Sequence record: DRR723986_9628
Reading direction: 5' to 3' (one strand)
DNA length: 64,000 bases
Shown: piece after piece, positions 51,219 through 60,543 of the stretch
How the letters are laid out: each line of letters starts with the position of its first letter
Position numbering within the stretch: position 1 is the first letter of the stretch
The notes under the pieces: generated by a model
What the model saw: the letters and a program-made list of their open reading frames with translations, nothing else
Told to the model about the DNA's origin: nothing
The model's database searches: none
Program-made: the position numbers and the translations under genes

Positions 51219-51400
51219 AAAAATATTTTTTTGCAATTAAACTACATAAAAATGTCAAAAATCCATTAGTAATAAGCGTATTACTGTGCCAAAAATTACA
51301 AAAGGGTGAAAGGAATACTTATAATTTTAATTCTTGAGAATTGTACTTTGGAAAAGGTAAATAGGCGTTGGTGTTGGTATGAAATTAAGTTTATCAAACA

Positions 51401-51428
51401 TGAACTAATCCTCTTATTTCAGCGTCAA
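51401..51428 (+). promoter_or_regulatory. Putative ECF-sigma promoter of cydAB
   Basis: TGAACT-N16-CGTCAA. Confidence 0.55.
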
Positions 51429-51491
51429 TCCTATAACGAGTTTTATACATTCAGGCTATTTACCTAGACTGAATTTAACCAACTAGTGTGC

Positions 51492-52823
51492 ATGGAAGAT
51501 CTTTTTGCTGCCCGCTCCCAGATGGCTCTTTCTCTGGGATTCCATATTATTTTCGCCTGTATTGGTATGGTGATGCCTTTTTTTATGGCGACGTCCCATT
51601 ACAAGTATTTGAAAACCAATAATCCACTTTACAAAGACCTGACTAAAGCCTGGAGTAAAGGTGTCGCCATATTCTTTGTAACCGGGGCTGTTTCGGGTAC
51701 CATGCTTTCCTTTGAGTTAGGATTGCTTTGGCCGGAGTTTATGCTACATGCCGGACCAATTTTTGGGATGCCATTTTCGTTGGAAGGAACGGCTTTCTTT
51801 ATAGAGGCAATTGCATTAGGATTCTTTCTTTACGGTTGGGGTAAATTCAAACCTTGGTTTCACTGGTTTACTGGCGTAGTGGTGGGAATCAGTGGCTTAG
51901 CATCTGGGATCTTAGTTGTAGCAGCCAATGGCTGGATGAATAGCCCAAGTGGTTTTGACTACGTAGACGGTAAATTTCTCAATATAGATCCTATCGCTGC
52001 TATGTTCAATGATGCCTGGTTTACACAAGCATTACACATGACTTTAGCGGCATTTACGGCTACTGGTTTTGCGGTTGCAGGAATCCATGCCTTTATGATG
52101 TTGAGGGGGAAAAACATCCAATTTCATAGCAAAGCATTTACCATTGCCATTGTATTTGGGGCAGTGGCAGCATTACTTCAGCCTATTTCAGGTGATATTT
52201 CTGCAAAAGATATTGCAGTGCGTCAACCTGCAAAATTGGCTGCAATGGAAGCGCACTTTGAAACTAGCAAAGCTGCCCCTCTGATCATTGGGGGAATTCC
52301 CGATGAAGAAGCGAAGGAGGTAAACTATGCGATTAAAATTCCGGGAGCTTTGAGTTTCCTAGCTCATGGGGATTTTGATGCTGAGGTGATAGGTTTGGAT
52401 CAGTTCCCGGAGGAGCATCATCCGCCAGTTGCTGTGGTTCATTATGCTTTCCAAATCATGGTTGGGCTGGGGATGGTTTTGGTCGGCCTGAGTTTGCTGT
52501 ATTTTATTTCCCTTTGGAAAAAGAAAAACTGGCAAATTCAACGATGGTTTTTATGGCTTTTTGTATTGGCTACGCCACTTGGATTTATTGCATTGGAAGC
52601 TGGCTGGACAGTCACCGAAGTGGGACGTCAACCTTGGATTATCTATGAGATTATGCTGACAAAAGATGCTGTGACGCCAATTCCTGGTATTAAGTATTCA
52701 TTTTTCATATTTACAGCCATTTATGTATCACTTGCTGCAATCGTTTCATTTTTGCTGTATAGACAGATTAAGGCTTTAGATGAAAACTTGACTAAAGACG
52801 CTCAAACCTCAGGCAACTCTTAA
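51492..52823 (+). CDS. cydA: Cytochrome bd ubiquinol oxidase subunit I (short Q-loop)
   Basis: GFHIIF, EGTAFFIE, QPAKLAAMEAH, EAGWTVTEVGRQPW. Confidence 0.95.
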   Translation: MEDLFAARSQMALSLGFHIIFACIGMVMPFFMATSHYKYLKTNNPLYKDLTKAWSKGVAIFFVTGAVSGTMLSFELGLLWPEFMLHAGPIFGMPFSLEGTAFFIEAIALGFFLYGWGKFKPWFHWFTGVVVGISGLASGILVVAANGWMNSPSGFDYVDGKFLNIDPIAAMFNDAWFTQALHMTLAAFTATGFAVAGIHAFMMLRGKNIQFHSKAFTIAIVFGAVAALLQPISGDISAKDIAVRQPAKLAAMEAHFETSKAAPLIIGGIPDEEAKEVNYAIKIPGALSFLAHGDFDAEVIGLDQFPEEHHPPVAVVHYAFQIMVGLGMVLVGLSLLYFISLWKKKNWQIQRWFLWLFVLATPLGFIALEAGWTVTEVGRQPWIIYEIMLTKDAVTPIPGIKYSFFIFTAIYVSLAAIVSFLLYRQIKALDENLTKDAQTSGNS

Positions 52824-52833
52824 ATCTACTCTT

Positions 52834-53859
52834 ATGCTCTACGTAGTTATTATTTTTCTTTGCCTTTCGCTATTGATGTACGTGTTGCTGGGAGGTGCTG
52901 ATTTTGGAGCTGGTATTGTGGAATTAGTTACTCCTTCCTCGATGCGTGAACAGCTTCGAAACACGACATACAAGACTATTGGTCCAATCTGGGAGGCAAA
53001 TCACATGTGGCTGATTATAGCCATCGTGATTTTATTTGTGGGATTTCCTCCGATTTACACCGTTCTTTCTGTTCATCTCCATATTCCTTTGGCACTTATG
53101 CTTATTGGGATTATAGGAAGGGGGACAGCATTTGTTTTCAGGCATTATGACGCGTATCAGGACGATATGCAGAAAGTGTATAATCTCATTTTCACCTATT
53201 CTAGTTTTATCACGCCCCTTTTTCTAGGGCTTATCTTCGGAGCGGCGATAGGAGGGGAGATAGATACGGAAGCCAGTGGGTTTTATGAAGCCTATATTCA
53301 TCCTTGGTTTAACTTTTTCAGTATTTCAGTGGGGATTTTCACCGTTGCTATTTGCGGGTTTTTGGCTTCGCTTTTTTTAGTAGGCGAGGCTAAAAGTGCT
53401 GATGTTAGACTGGTGGTGGTAAAAAAAGCTAAGTTATTTATAGTATTCACCGTGCTGGCAGGCGGCCTTGTTTTTGCTGCCTCCATTGTGGATGCAGTTC
53501 CTCTTGTAGGGTTGCTATTGAAGGAGTGGATTACAATTGCTGTTTTGCTGTTGGCTACTTTGGCTATTGTAGTTCTTTGGTTAAAGTTGGAAAGAGGGAG
53601 TAAGGCCTTAATTCGATTTTTAAGTGGTTTTATTGTTAGTGCTATCCTTTTGGCTTTTGGTTATCACTATTTTCCTGATATCATTATCACCAAATCAGTA
53701 GAGAACCTTTCTGTCTTTAATTCCGCTGCTATTGGCAAACCTATAGACACCTTGGCTTGGGCCCTGATGATTGGAAGTGTTTTTATACTGCCTTCCCTTT
53801 TTTACCTATTGTATAGCTTTCAGGGAAGTAAGGAGGGGGAAGAGACTTTTGAATCGTAA
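52834..53859 (+). CDS. cydB: Cytochrome bd ubiquinol oxidase subunit II
   Basis: LGGADFGAG, GPIWEANHMWLI; follows cydA. Confidence 0.93.
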   Translation: MLYVVIIFLCLSLLMYVLLGGADFGAGIVELVTPSSMREQLRNTTYKTIGPIWEANHMWLIIAIVILFVGFPPIYTVLSVHLHIPLALMLIGIIGRGTAFVFRHYDAYQDDMQKVYNLIFTYSSFITPLFLGLIFGAAIGGEIDTEASGFYEAYIHPWFNFFSISVGIFTVAICGFLASLFLVGEAKSADVRLVVVKKAKLFIVFTVLAGGLVFAASIVDAVPLVGLLLKEWITIAVLLLATLAIVVLWLKLERGSKALIRFLSGFIVSAILLAFGYHYFPDIIITKSVENLSVFNSAAIGKPIDTLAWALMIGSVFILPSLFYLLYSFQGSKEGEETFES

Positions 53860-53861
53860 GC

Positions 53862-53931
53862 AGTAAGTATCAAGACATAAGAAGGAAGAGCCTAGAACCA
53901 AGAGTCTAGAACCAAAAGTCAAGGAGCTAGA
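53862..53931 (+). repeat. Heptamer array (10 units) right after the cydB stop
   Basis: AGTAAGT ATCAAGA CATAAGA AGGAAGA GCCTAGA ACCAAGA GTCTAGA ACCAAAA GTCAAGG AGCTAGA. Confidence 0.85.
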
Positions 53932-54044
53932 ATTAGAAGTAAAGGCAAAAGAAATAAGCCTTTAGGCTAAAGAGACTTCACCACGAATCAACTTTATTCT
54001 CTCTCCGCTATACATCCTTTCCACTTTTAAACTATACTGGACTT

Positions 54045-54146
54045 TGCCCACTAGCGGACAATACTGTCCGAGAAGTATATGCTTTAAATCTAAAAATGCC
54101 ATTTCAAGCGGAGATTCGCAGTTTTTTTCATGGCATACAAATGGGA
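54045..54146 (+). promoter_or_regulatory. Putative sigma54 promoter B with tandem enhancer boxes
   Basis: TGCCCA-N4-CGGACA (54045), TGTCCG-N4-GTATAT (54065), TGGCAT-N5-TGGG (54131). Confidence 0.65.
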
Positions 54147-54188
54147 ATATGAGGCCTGCAATCAACTCTGAATTTTATTTCCTTATCC

Positions 54189-55121
54189 ATGAAACTCTTA
54201 AAATTCTTCCCGGCATTGTTGTTTTTAGTCCTAGTGACTTTGCAATTCTCAGCTTTTGCATCTGACTTCAAAGCAGATCCCTATCTCACCAAACAATTCA
54301 CTTTGAATGGTTCTGGAAATCTCAAAGTAGAAACTTCCGGGGCTTCAGTGGCAGTCACTGGCGCAAGTGGAAATAAGGTAATCGTGGATATGTATGTGAA
54401 GTTGAATGGGAAAGAAGTCGAAATGGAAGATGCTGAGGTAGAGAATGAACTAGACAACTATATTCTGGATATCAGCCAAAGTGGAAATACTATTTCCGTG
54501 ATCCTCAAAAAGCGAAACAACAGCGGTAGAAGCAAATTGAATATCTCTTTTAAAGTCCAGGTGCCTACAGAAATATCTTCTAAATTCCTGTCTAGCGGTG
54601 GATCAATTGCTGTAGATGGCTTGAACGGACAGCAGGAAATAGCTACAAGTGGAGGAAGTATCCAAGTAGTAAATAGCAGTGGTTATATAAATACTCGTAG
54701 TTCAGGAGGCTCACTCAGAGTGGAAAATTTTGAAGGAAATGTGGATGTTCAGAGCTCCGGAGGATCCGTAAAAGTAAAGCAGCTGATTGGGGACTTGAAC
54801 GCAAATACTTCTGGTGGCAGTATAAATCTGGAAGCTATTAGTGGGAGTATAGAAGCTAGCTCAAGTGGTGGCTCTATCAAAGCGCAGCTTACAAATATTG
54901 AGAAAGAACTTACCATGAAATCTAGCGGTGGGAGTATTACGGCAATAGTTCCTGATGGCTTGGGTTTAAACCTTGATCTCAGTGGAGGAAGAGTCAATTC
55001 AAAGCTTTCCAATTTCAGTGGAGAGGTTAAAAAGGACAGGATTCTAGGAAAAATAAATGGGGGAGGAGTTCCTGTGACTATGCAGAGCTCAGGCGGAAGT
55101 ATCAATCTGGAGTTTAATTGA
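54189..55121 (+). CDS. DUF4097 family beta-strand repeat protein
   Basis: Signal peptide; many (T/S)SGGSI repeats. Confidence 0.88.
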   Translation: MKLLKFFPALLFLVLVTLQFSAFASDFKADPYLTKQFTLNGSGNLKVETSGASVAVTGASGNKVIVDMYVKLNGKEVEMEDAEVENELDNYILDISQSGNTISVILKKRNNSGRSKLNISFKVQVPTEISSKFLSSGGSIAVDGLNGQQEIATSGGSIQVVNSSGYINTRSSGGSLRVENFEGNVDVQSSGGSVKVKQLIGDLNANTSGGSINLEAISGSIEASSSGGSIKAQLTNIEKELTMKSSGGSITAIVPDGLGLNLDLSGGRVNSKLSNFSGEVKKDRILGKINGGGVPVTMQSSGGSINLEFN

Positions 55122-55131
55122 GATTGAGAGA

Positions 55132-55315
55132 CATAAGTATCAAGAGTCTAGAACCAAGAGCTAAGAAAGGAAGTGGGATGTAAGACTTTGGACATTAGAA
55201 TAGGGGCAACACTGAAAACCTTACAAGCATGAAACCTTACCACATTACAACTTTCCAACTTTCTGAACCCGAAATCTTCCAGTTTTAAAATATTCCAATC
55301 TTTCAATCCTGAAAA
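55132..55315 (+). repeat. Heptamer array (55132-55166) plus 13-unit octamer array (55212-55315) abutting the ATG
   Basis: Units read directly from the sequence (see findings). Confidence 0.85.
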
Positions 55316-57676
55316 ATGCTCAAAAACTACTTTAAAATCGCCTGGAGAAATATCGTTAGAAGTAAAGGTTACGCTTTCATCAATATCGGAGGATTGGGTG
55401 TTGGGATGGCGTCAGCTATTCTGATTTTGCTGTGGATACAGAATGAGGTGAGTATGGATCGGGAGCATCCCAAGTCGGACCGAATCTATCGAATGTATAA
55501 CAGGGATACGTTTAGCGGCGAACTATGGGCATGGGGTACAACTCCCAAAATAATGGGGCCTACGCTAGAAAAGGACTATCCAGAAGTAGAGCATGCGGTT
55601 CGGATCAATCATGCCAATTTCCTTTTCACAGTTGGAGATAAGAAAATGAACGAATCAGGTTCTTTCATTGATCCGGATTTTTTGGATGTGTTTGATTTTC
55701 CTATGCTCCAAGGCAATAGTTCTACTGCCTTGGAAGATCCGTATAACATGGTGGTCACTGAAGACTTTGCCAAAAAATTGTTTGGTACTGAGATGGCTGT
55801 GGGGCAAACAGTCAAGATCGATAGTACAGATATTTTTACAGTGACGGGAGTTTTGGAGAATTTGCCAAATAATACGCGCTTCCAGTCTGATTACTTTCTA
55901 TCGTGGGCTTACATGAAAAAACTGGGTTGGGATGACGAATGGTGGGGAAATAACTCCGTCGAGAACTATGTACTGCTCTCAGAAAATGCTTCCCATGAGG
56001 CATTCAACGAGAAAGTAATAAACATTACCAAGGAACATACCAACGGGGAGAATACAGCAGATGTATTTAGCTATCCGCTTTCACAGATACACCTTTATGG
56101 AAAAAGCGAGAACGGGCAGCTCGTAGGAGGAAGGATTGTGACAGTCCGAATGTTTGGATTTATCGCATTGTTTATTCTGGTCATTGCCTGTATCAACTTT
56201 ATGAATCTGAGCACTGCTCGAAGTGAAAAGAGAGCCAAGGAAGTAGGTTTGAGAAAAGTCGTAGGAGCTAGAAAAACTTCTCTTATCGCACAGTTTATTG
56301 GGGAAAGCACGCTGATCGCGTTGATCGCTGGGGTTTTGGCAATCCTTCTGGTGGAGCTGGCGCTTCCTTCCTTTAATAAACTGATTGGTAAGCAGCTATT
56401 TCTTCCATACACGGAGGTGATTTTCTGGCTTCAGTTGATCAGCTTTATATTGCTTACTGGCCTTTTAGCAGGAAGTTATCCTGCATTTTTCCTCTCCTCG
56501 TTTAGTCCAGTGAATGTGCTTAAAGGAACTTTCCGTTCAGCTGCTTCGGCGGTTAATCCCCGAAAAATACTGGTTGTGATACAGTTTAGCTTTGCTATTA
56601 TTCTAATCGTCTCTACGATCATTATTCAGCGTCAAATAAGTCACGCTCAAAACCGTGAGCTGGGTTATAATCAGGATAACCTGATTTTTATCAACATGCA
56701 GGGTGATATAGAGAAGCATTATAGTGCGATCAAACAAGCACTTCTTTCTAGTGGCTCCAGCCTTGCGGTCACGCAATCGATGAGTCCGATTACTCAGCGC
56801 TACAGTGATGGCTGGGGGTATTCTTGGGAAGGTAGTACGCCAGAGGATGAAAAACTTGATTTCATTCGGTTCAGTGCAGATGCTGATTTCATGAAAGTAA
56901 TGGGCACCAAGTTGGTAGAAGGTAGAGACATAGATATCTATGAATTTGCTAGTGATTCTACAGCGATTTTATTGAATGAAACAGCGATAAGAAAAATGGG
57001 GTTGGAAAATCCTTTGGGGCAGATAGTTTCTGATGGAGAAGATAACTATACGGTAGTTGGCATCATTGAGGATTTTATTTTCGAATCCCCTTATGATCCA
57101 GTTAACCCCTTAATGGTATTTGGACCATCTTCCTGGTTCAGTTACCTACATATCCGTCTCAATCCTGATCAACCTGTAGCAGATAATCTCGCTAAAATTC
57201 AGAGCGTTTTTGAAGAGTTTAACCCAAATTTCCCTTTTGAATACCAATTTGCCGATGAGCAATATGCCAGGAAATTTGATGATACAGCTCGAACGGCAAA
57301 GCTTTCCATTGTCTTTACTATTCTGACTATTGTGATTTCATGTTTGGGGTTATTTGGACTTTCCACGTACATGGCTGCCAATCGTCTGAAGGAAATAGGA
57401 GTGAGAAAAGTGCTTGGAGCAAGTGTAGGCAGTATATCACTATTACTTTCTAAGGACTTCTTAAAGCTGGTTGGAATTGCATTTCTGTTTTCAGTTCCTA
57501 TTGCCTGGTATATCATGGATCAATGGCTTCAGGATTATCAATACAGCGTGGGAGTAGAATGGTGGGTTTTTGTCGCCACTGGTATGGTCACGATGTTTAT
57601 CGCATTGCTCACCGTAGGTTTTCAGTCTATCAAAGCAGCACTGACGAATCCGGCAAGGACGCTGAAGAGCGAGTGA
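55316..57676 (+). CDS. Tandem MacB/FtsX-type ABC transporter permease
   Basis: MLKNYFKIAWRN...ACINFMNLSTARSEKRAKEVG...NPARTLKSE. Confidence 0.92.
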   Translation: MLKNYFKIAWRNIVRSKGYAFINIGGLGVGMASAILILLWIQNEVSMDREHPKSDRIYRMYNRDTFSGELWAWGTTPKIMGPTLEKDYPEVEHAVRINHANFLFTVGDKKMNESGSFIDPDFLDVFDFPMLQGNSSTALEDPYNMVVTEDFAKKLFGTEMAVGQTVKIDSTDIFTVTGVLENLPNNTRFQSDYFLSWAYMKKLGWDDEWWGNNSVENYVLLSENASHEAFNEKVINITKEHTNGENTADVFSYPLSQIHLYGKSENGQLVGGRIVTVRMFGFIALFILVIACINFMNLSTARSEKRAKEVGLRKVVGARKTSLIAQFIGESTLIALIAGVLAILLVELALPSFNKLIGKQLFLPYTEVIFWLQLISFILLTGLLAGSYPAFFLSSFSPVNVLKGTFRSAASAVNPRKILVVIQFSFAIILIVSTIIIQRQISHAQNRELGYNQDNLIFINMQGDIEKHYSAIKQALLSSGSSLAVTQSMSPITQRYSDGWGYSWEGSTPEDEKLDFIRFSADADFMKVMGTKLVEGRDIDIYEFASDSTAILLNETAIRKMGLENPLGQIVSDGEDNYTVVGIIEDFIFESPYDPVNPLMVFGPSSWFSYLHIRLNPDQPVADNLAKIQSVFEEFNPNFPFEYQFADEQYARKFDDTARTAKLSIVFTILTIVISCLGLFGLSTYMAANRLKEIGVRKVLGASVGSISLLLSKDFLKLVGIAFLFSVPIAWYIMDQWLQDYQYSVGVEWWVFVATGMVTMFIALLTVGFQSIKAALTNPARTLKSE

Positions 57677-57677
57677 T

Positions 57678-57920
57678 GGGGAGTATCAAGTATCAAGACA
57701 AAAGTATCAAGATGTTAGAATCAAGTATTAAGCATCAAGACATTAGATTTTAGAATCAAGAGGCTAGAGCCAAGATTTCGATTTCACGCCACGGCGATGC
57801 AAGCTGCTCAGTCTGACACCTATTACAACTTTGTCACTTTCCCACACCTGAACTCCTAATTTTCAAATCCGCCACGGCGGACAAGTTATTTCAATTTTCC
57901 AATCTTTCAATCTTAAAAAA
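57678..57920 (+). repeat. Heptamer array (14 units, 57678-57775), interrupted REP-like element, octamer array with nested 18-bp element
   Basis: ATCAAG(T/A)-type units; TTCGA...GCTCAGTCTGACA; TCCGCCACGGCGGACAAG at 57868-57885. Confidence 0.85.
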
Positions 57921-60329
57921 ATGTGGAAAAACTACCTTAAAATCGCCTTCAGAAATATCAGGAAGAACAAGCTTTTTTCCTTTCTGAATATTGCCGGACT
58001 GTCCATAGGAATGGCGGTTTGTATTCTCATCATGCTTTTTGTGAATTATGAGCGGAATTTTGATAGCATTCACACCAAGAATATCTATCGTTTAGACGAA
58101 GTGCAGAATTGGGAAGGTATGGTGGCACCACAGAAAGTAGCCTTGTCCATGTATCCTATGGGACCAACTTTACTGGACGAATTTCCTGAAATAGATAATT
58201 ATACCCGGATCACTCAGAATGGAGAGATGAGGCTGCTACATGAGGAGAAGCAAGTGGTTTTGGCTACTACACTTTCTGCTGACGATTCCTTCTTTGCTCT
58301 GTTTGATTTTCAAATCTTGGCAGGAGATCCTGAAAATGCCTTAAAGGAGCCTTATAGTATTGTGTTGACCACTTCCAGTGCGGAAAAGATTTTTGGAAAT
58401 GAACCTGCACTAGGCAAAGTATTACCTGTGGCTAATCAGGATAGTACTTTTTTCACCGTGACAGGGATTATGGCTGATATTCCCGATAATTCCCATTTGC
58501 AGTTTGAAGGCTTAGTTTCTCTGAATACCTATGCTGGGCCTCAGGCAATGGGAAATTGGGGAGGAAATTGGTTGACTACTTACTTGGAATTGAGTGAAGG
58601 GGCGGATATTGAAGGAATGGAATCGAAATTCCCTGCTTTTTTGGTTTCCCATATGGGAGAAGAAGGAGCAGGTGGGTATGAGCTTTTTCTTCAACCTCTA
58701 AGTGAAGTCCATGCAGGATCTACAGATATCACTCATGATTATATCAATTACCAAAAATTTGACGGAGCCTATACCCGGATATTTTTCTACATCGCGTTGA
58801 TCGTGCTATTTATCGCTGGGATCAATTTTGTGAATTTATCCTCTGCCAAATCAATAAGCCGTGCCATGGAGATCGGTGTGAGAAAAGCTTCCGGCGCTTC
58901 CAAGACTCAATTGTATTTGCAATTTATCGGTGAGTCCATTGTGATCAGCTTGATGGCCATGTTACTTGCAGCTGTTTTCGTATTTCTGGCATTACCCTTA
59001 TTAAACCAATTCAGTCAGCGCCAACTTGAATTTCCTTTATTTACTAATCCTTTATTCTTTGGATTTATGCTGCTGGGGGCTGTTATGGTAGGAATTCTTT
59101 CCGGTTTGTATCCTGCGCTTTACTTATCCAGTTTTAATCCAGTGAACGTATTGAAAGGCTCTCCAGTAAGTGGTAAAAGGAAGGCTGATTTCAGAAATGT
59201 TTTGGTAGTCGTGCAGTTTAGCAGTGCTATTTTCCTGATTATTTCTACTTTGTTTGCTTCTCGGCAGGTAAGGTTCATGCAGGAAAAGGACCTTGGGTTT
59301 TCACATGAACAAGTAATAACAATTCCGTTTGGTCAGCGATACACTGAGCGGTATGAGACATTGAAACAGGCTTTGCTTGGAAGCTCGCAAGTGCAAGATG
59401 TCACTGCTTCCGGACAGCGACTTGGCAATAATCTTCACCAGACAGGAATTACATTTCACGGATCAGGACCAGCAGTAAATCTGGCTACGTCGCAGGTTGT
59501 AGTGGATCCTAATTTTTTGGATGTGTATGAAATTGAATTGATAGCGGGGAGAAATTTTAACGACACTGAGGCAGACAATGGAAATACCTATCTGATCAAT
59601 GAGTCCCTCGCCAAAGAGCTTATTTTGAAAGATGGAGAGGGTAGGGATATCGAGTCATTGATAGGTTCGCAATTTGGATTCAGCGGAATGGACTCGGCAG
59701 GTAGGATAGTGGGAGTGGTAAAGGATTTCAACTTTAATTCTCTCCATCATAAAATCGAAACCTTGACCATTTTTAATCAGCGCAATTGGGGTTTTGAGGA
59801 ATTATCTGTAAAAATAAGTGGAGATAATGTCCCTGAAGCGCTTGCCCAGATCGAATCCATCTGGAATACCCAAATCCCTGAGCGGGAATTTGAGTATCAG
59901 TTTTTGGACGATCACTTTACAGAATTGTATAGAGCTGACCAAACGGTAAATACCATCGTTGGCATGCTGACGGGGCTTTCCATTCTGATTTCCTGTTTGG
60001 GGCTTTTTGGACTAGTCTCATTCACTTTGGAGCAGCGCGTTAAGGAAATAGGAATCAGAAAAGTGCTGGGGGCATCAGTGACCACGGTGGTCGCTATACT
60101 TTCCAAGGACTTTATCAAACTGGTATTGGTTGCTATCGTACTTGCCGTTCCGGTTTCCTGGTATGTGGTGAATCAGTGGATTCAGGATTTTGCCTATAGA
60201 ATCGACATTGAGTGGTGGGTATTTGCAGTTTCAGGTTTGGTAGCCATACTAATAGCCTTAGCAACTGTGAGTTCCCAGGCATTTAAAGCAGCGATTAGGA
60301 ATCCGGTGGATAGTTTGAAGAGTGAGTGA
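57921..60329 (+). CDS. Tandem MacB/FtsX-type ABC transporter permease
   Basis: MWKNYLKIAFRN...EIGIRKVLGA...NPVDSLKSE. Confidence 0.92.
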   Translation: MWKNYLKIAFRNIRKNKLFSFLNIAGLSIGMAVCILIMLFVNYERNFDSIHTKNIYRLDEVQNWEGMVAPQKVALSMYPMGPTLLDEFPEIDNYTRITQNGEMRLLHEEKQVVLATTLSADDSFFALFDFQILAGDPENALKEPYSIVLTTSSAEKIFGNEPALGKVLPVANQDSTFFTVTGIMADIPDNSHLQFEGLVSLNTYAGPQAMGNWGGNWLTTYLELSEGADIEGMESKFPAFLVSHMGEEGAGGYELFLQPLSEVHAGSTDITHDYINYQKFDGAYTRIFFYIALIVLFIAGINFVNLSSAKSISRAMEIGVRKASGASKTQLYLQFIGESIVISLMAMLLAAVFVFLALPLLNQFSQRQLEFPLFTNPLFFGFMLLGAVMVGILSGLYPALYLSSFNPVNVLKGSPVSGKRKADFRNVLVVVQFSSAIFLIISTLFASRQVRFMQEKDLGFSHEQVITIPFGQRYTERYETLKQALLGSSQVQDVTASGQRLGNNLHQTGITFHGSGPAVNLATSQVVVDPNFLDVYEIELIAGRNFNDTEADNGNTYLINESLAKELILKDGEGRDIESLIGSQFGFSGMDSAGRIVGVVKDFNFNSLHHKIETLTIFNQRNWGFEELSVKISGDNVPEALAQIESIWNTQIPEREFEYQFLDDHFTELYRADQTVNTIVGMLTGLSILISCLGLFGLVSFTLEQRVKEIGIRKVLGASVTTVVAILSKDFIKLVLVAIVLAVPVSWYVVNQWIQDFAYRIDIEWWVFAVSGLVAILIALATVSSQAFKAAIRNPVDSLKSE

Positions 60330-60331
60330 GC

Positions 60332-60401
60332 TTGGAGTATAAAGTATCTAGACATATGTATCAAGATAGTGGAGCCACGAGTCGAGAATCAAGATGTTAA
60401 A
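60332..60401 (+). repeat. Heptamer array (about 10 units)
   Basis: TTGGAGT ATAAAGT ATCTAGA CATATGT ATCAAGA TAGTGGA GCCACGA GTCGAGA ATCAAGA TGTTAAA. Confidence 0.8.
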
Positions 60402-60458
60402 AACCAAGGATTAGAGTTAAGACTTTGCTACCATAGAAACTTGCAACTTAACTTTCAA

Positions 60459-60530
60459 GCCGCCTTTTGTGTCATCACGAACGGCAAACTTTCCTAGGGT
60501 TACTTCGGTTTGTGAAGATACAAACCAAGG
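60459..60530. repeat. Degenerate REP doublet (GGTTTGTG-AAGA-TACAAACC), sister of the GGTCTGTG family
   Basis: GCCG...TGTGTCATCACGAACGGC and CGGTTTGTGAAGATACAAACCAAGG hairpins. Confidence 0.6.
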
Positions 60531-60543
60531 TGAAGATTTCATT

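Noticed and set aside
57523-57753. 76-aa ORF with SIKYQD-like repeats, and the similar 60988..61203 ORF
   Set aside because: Artefacts of translating the heptamer/octamer arrays and overlapping a real gene or promoter
46762-60329. Diversity-generating retroelement or integron explanation for the permease array
   Set aside because: No reverse transcriptase, TR/VR pair, tyrosine recombinase or attC-like sites are visible in the window
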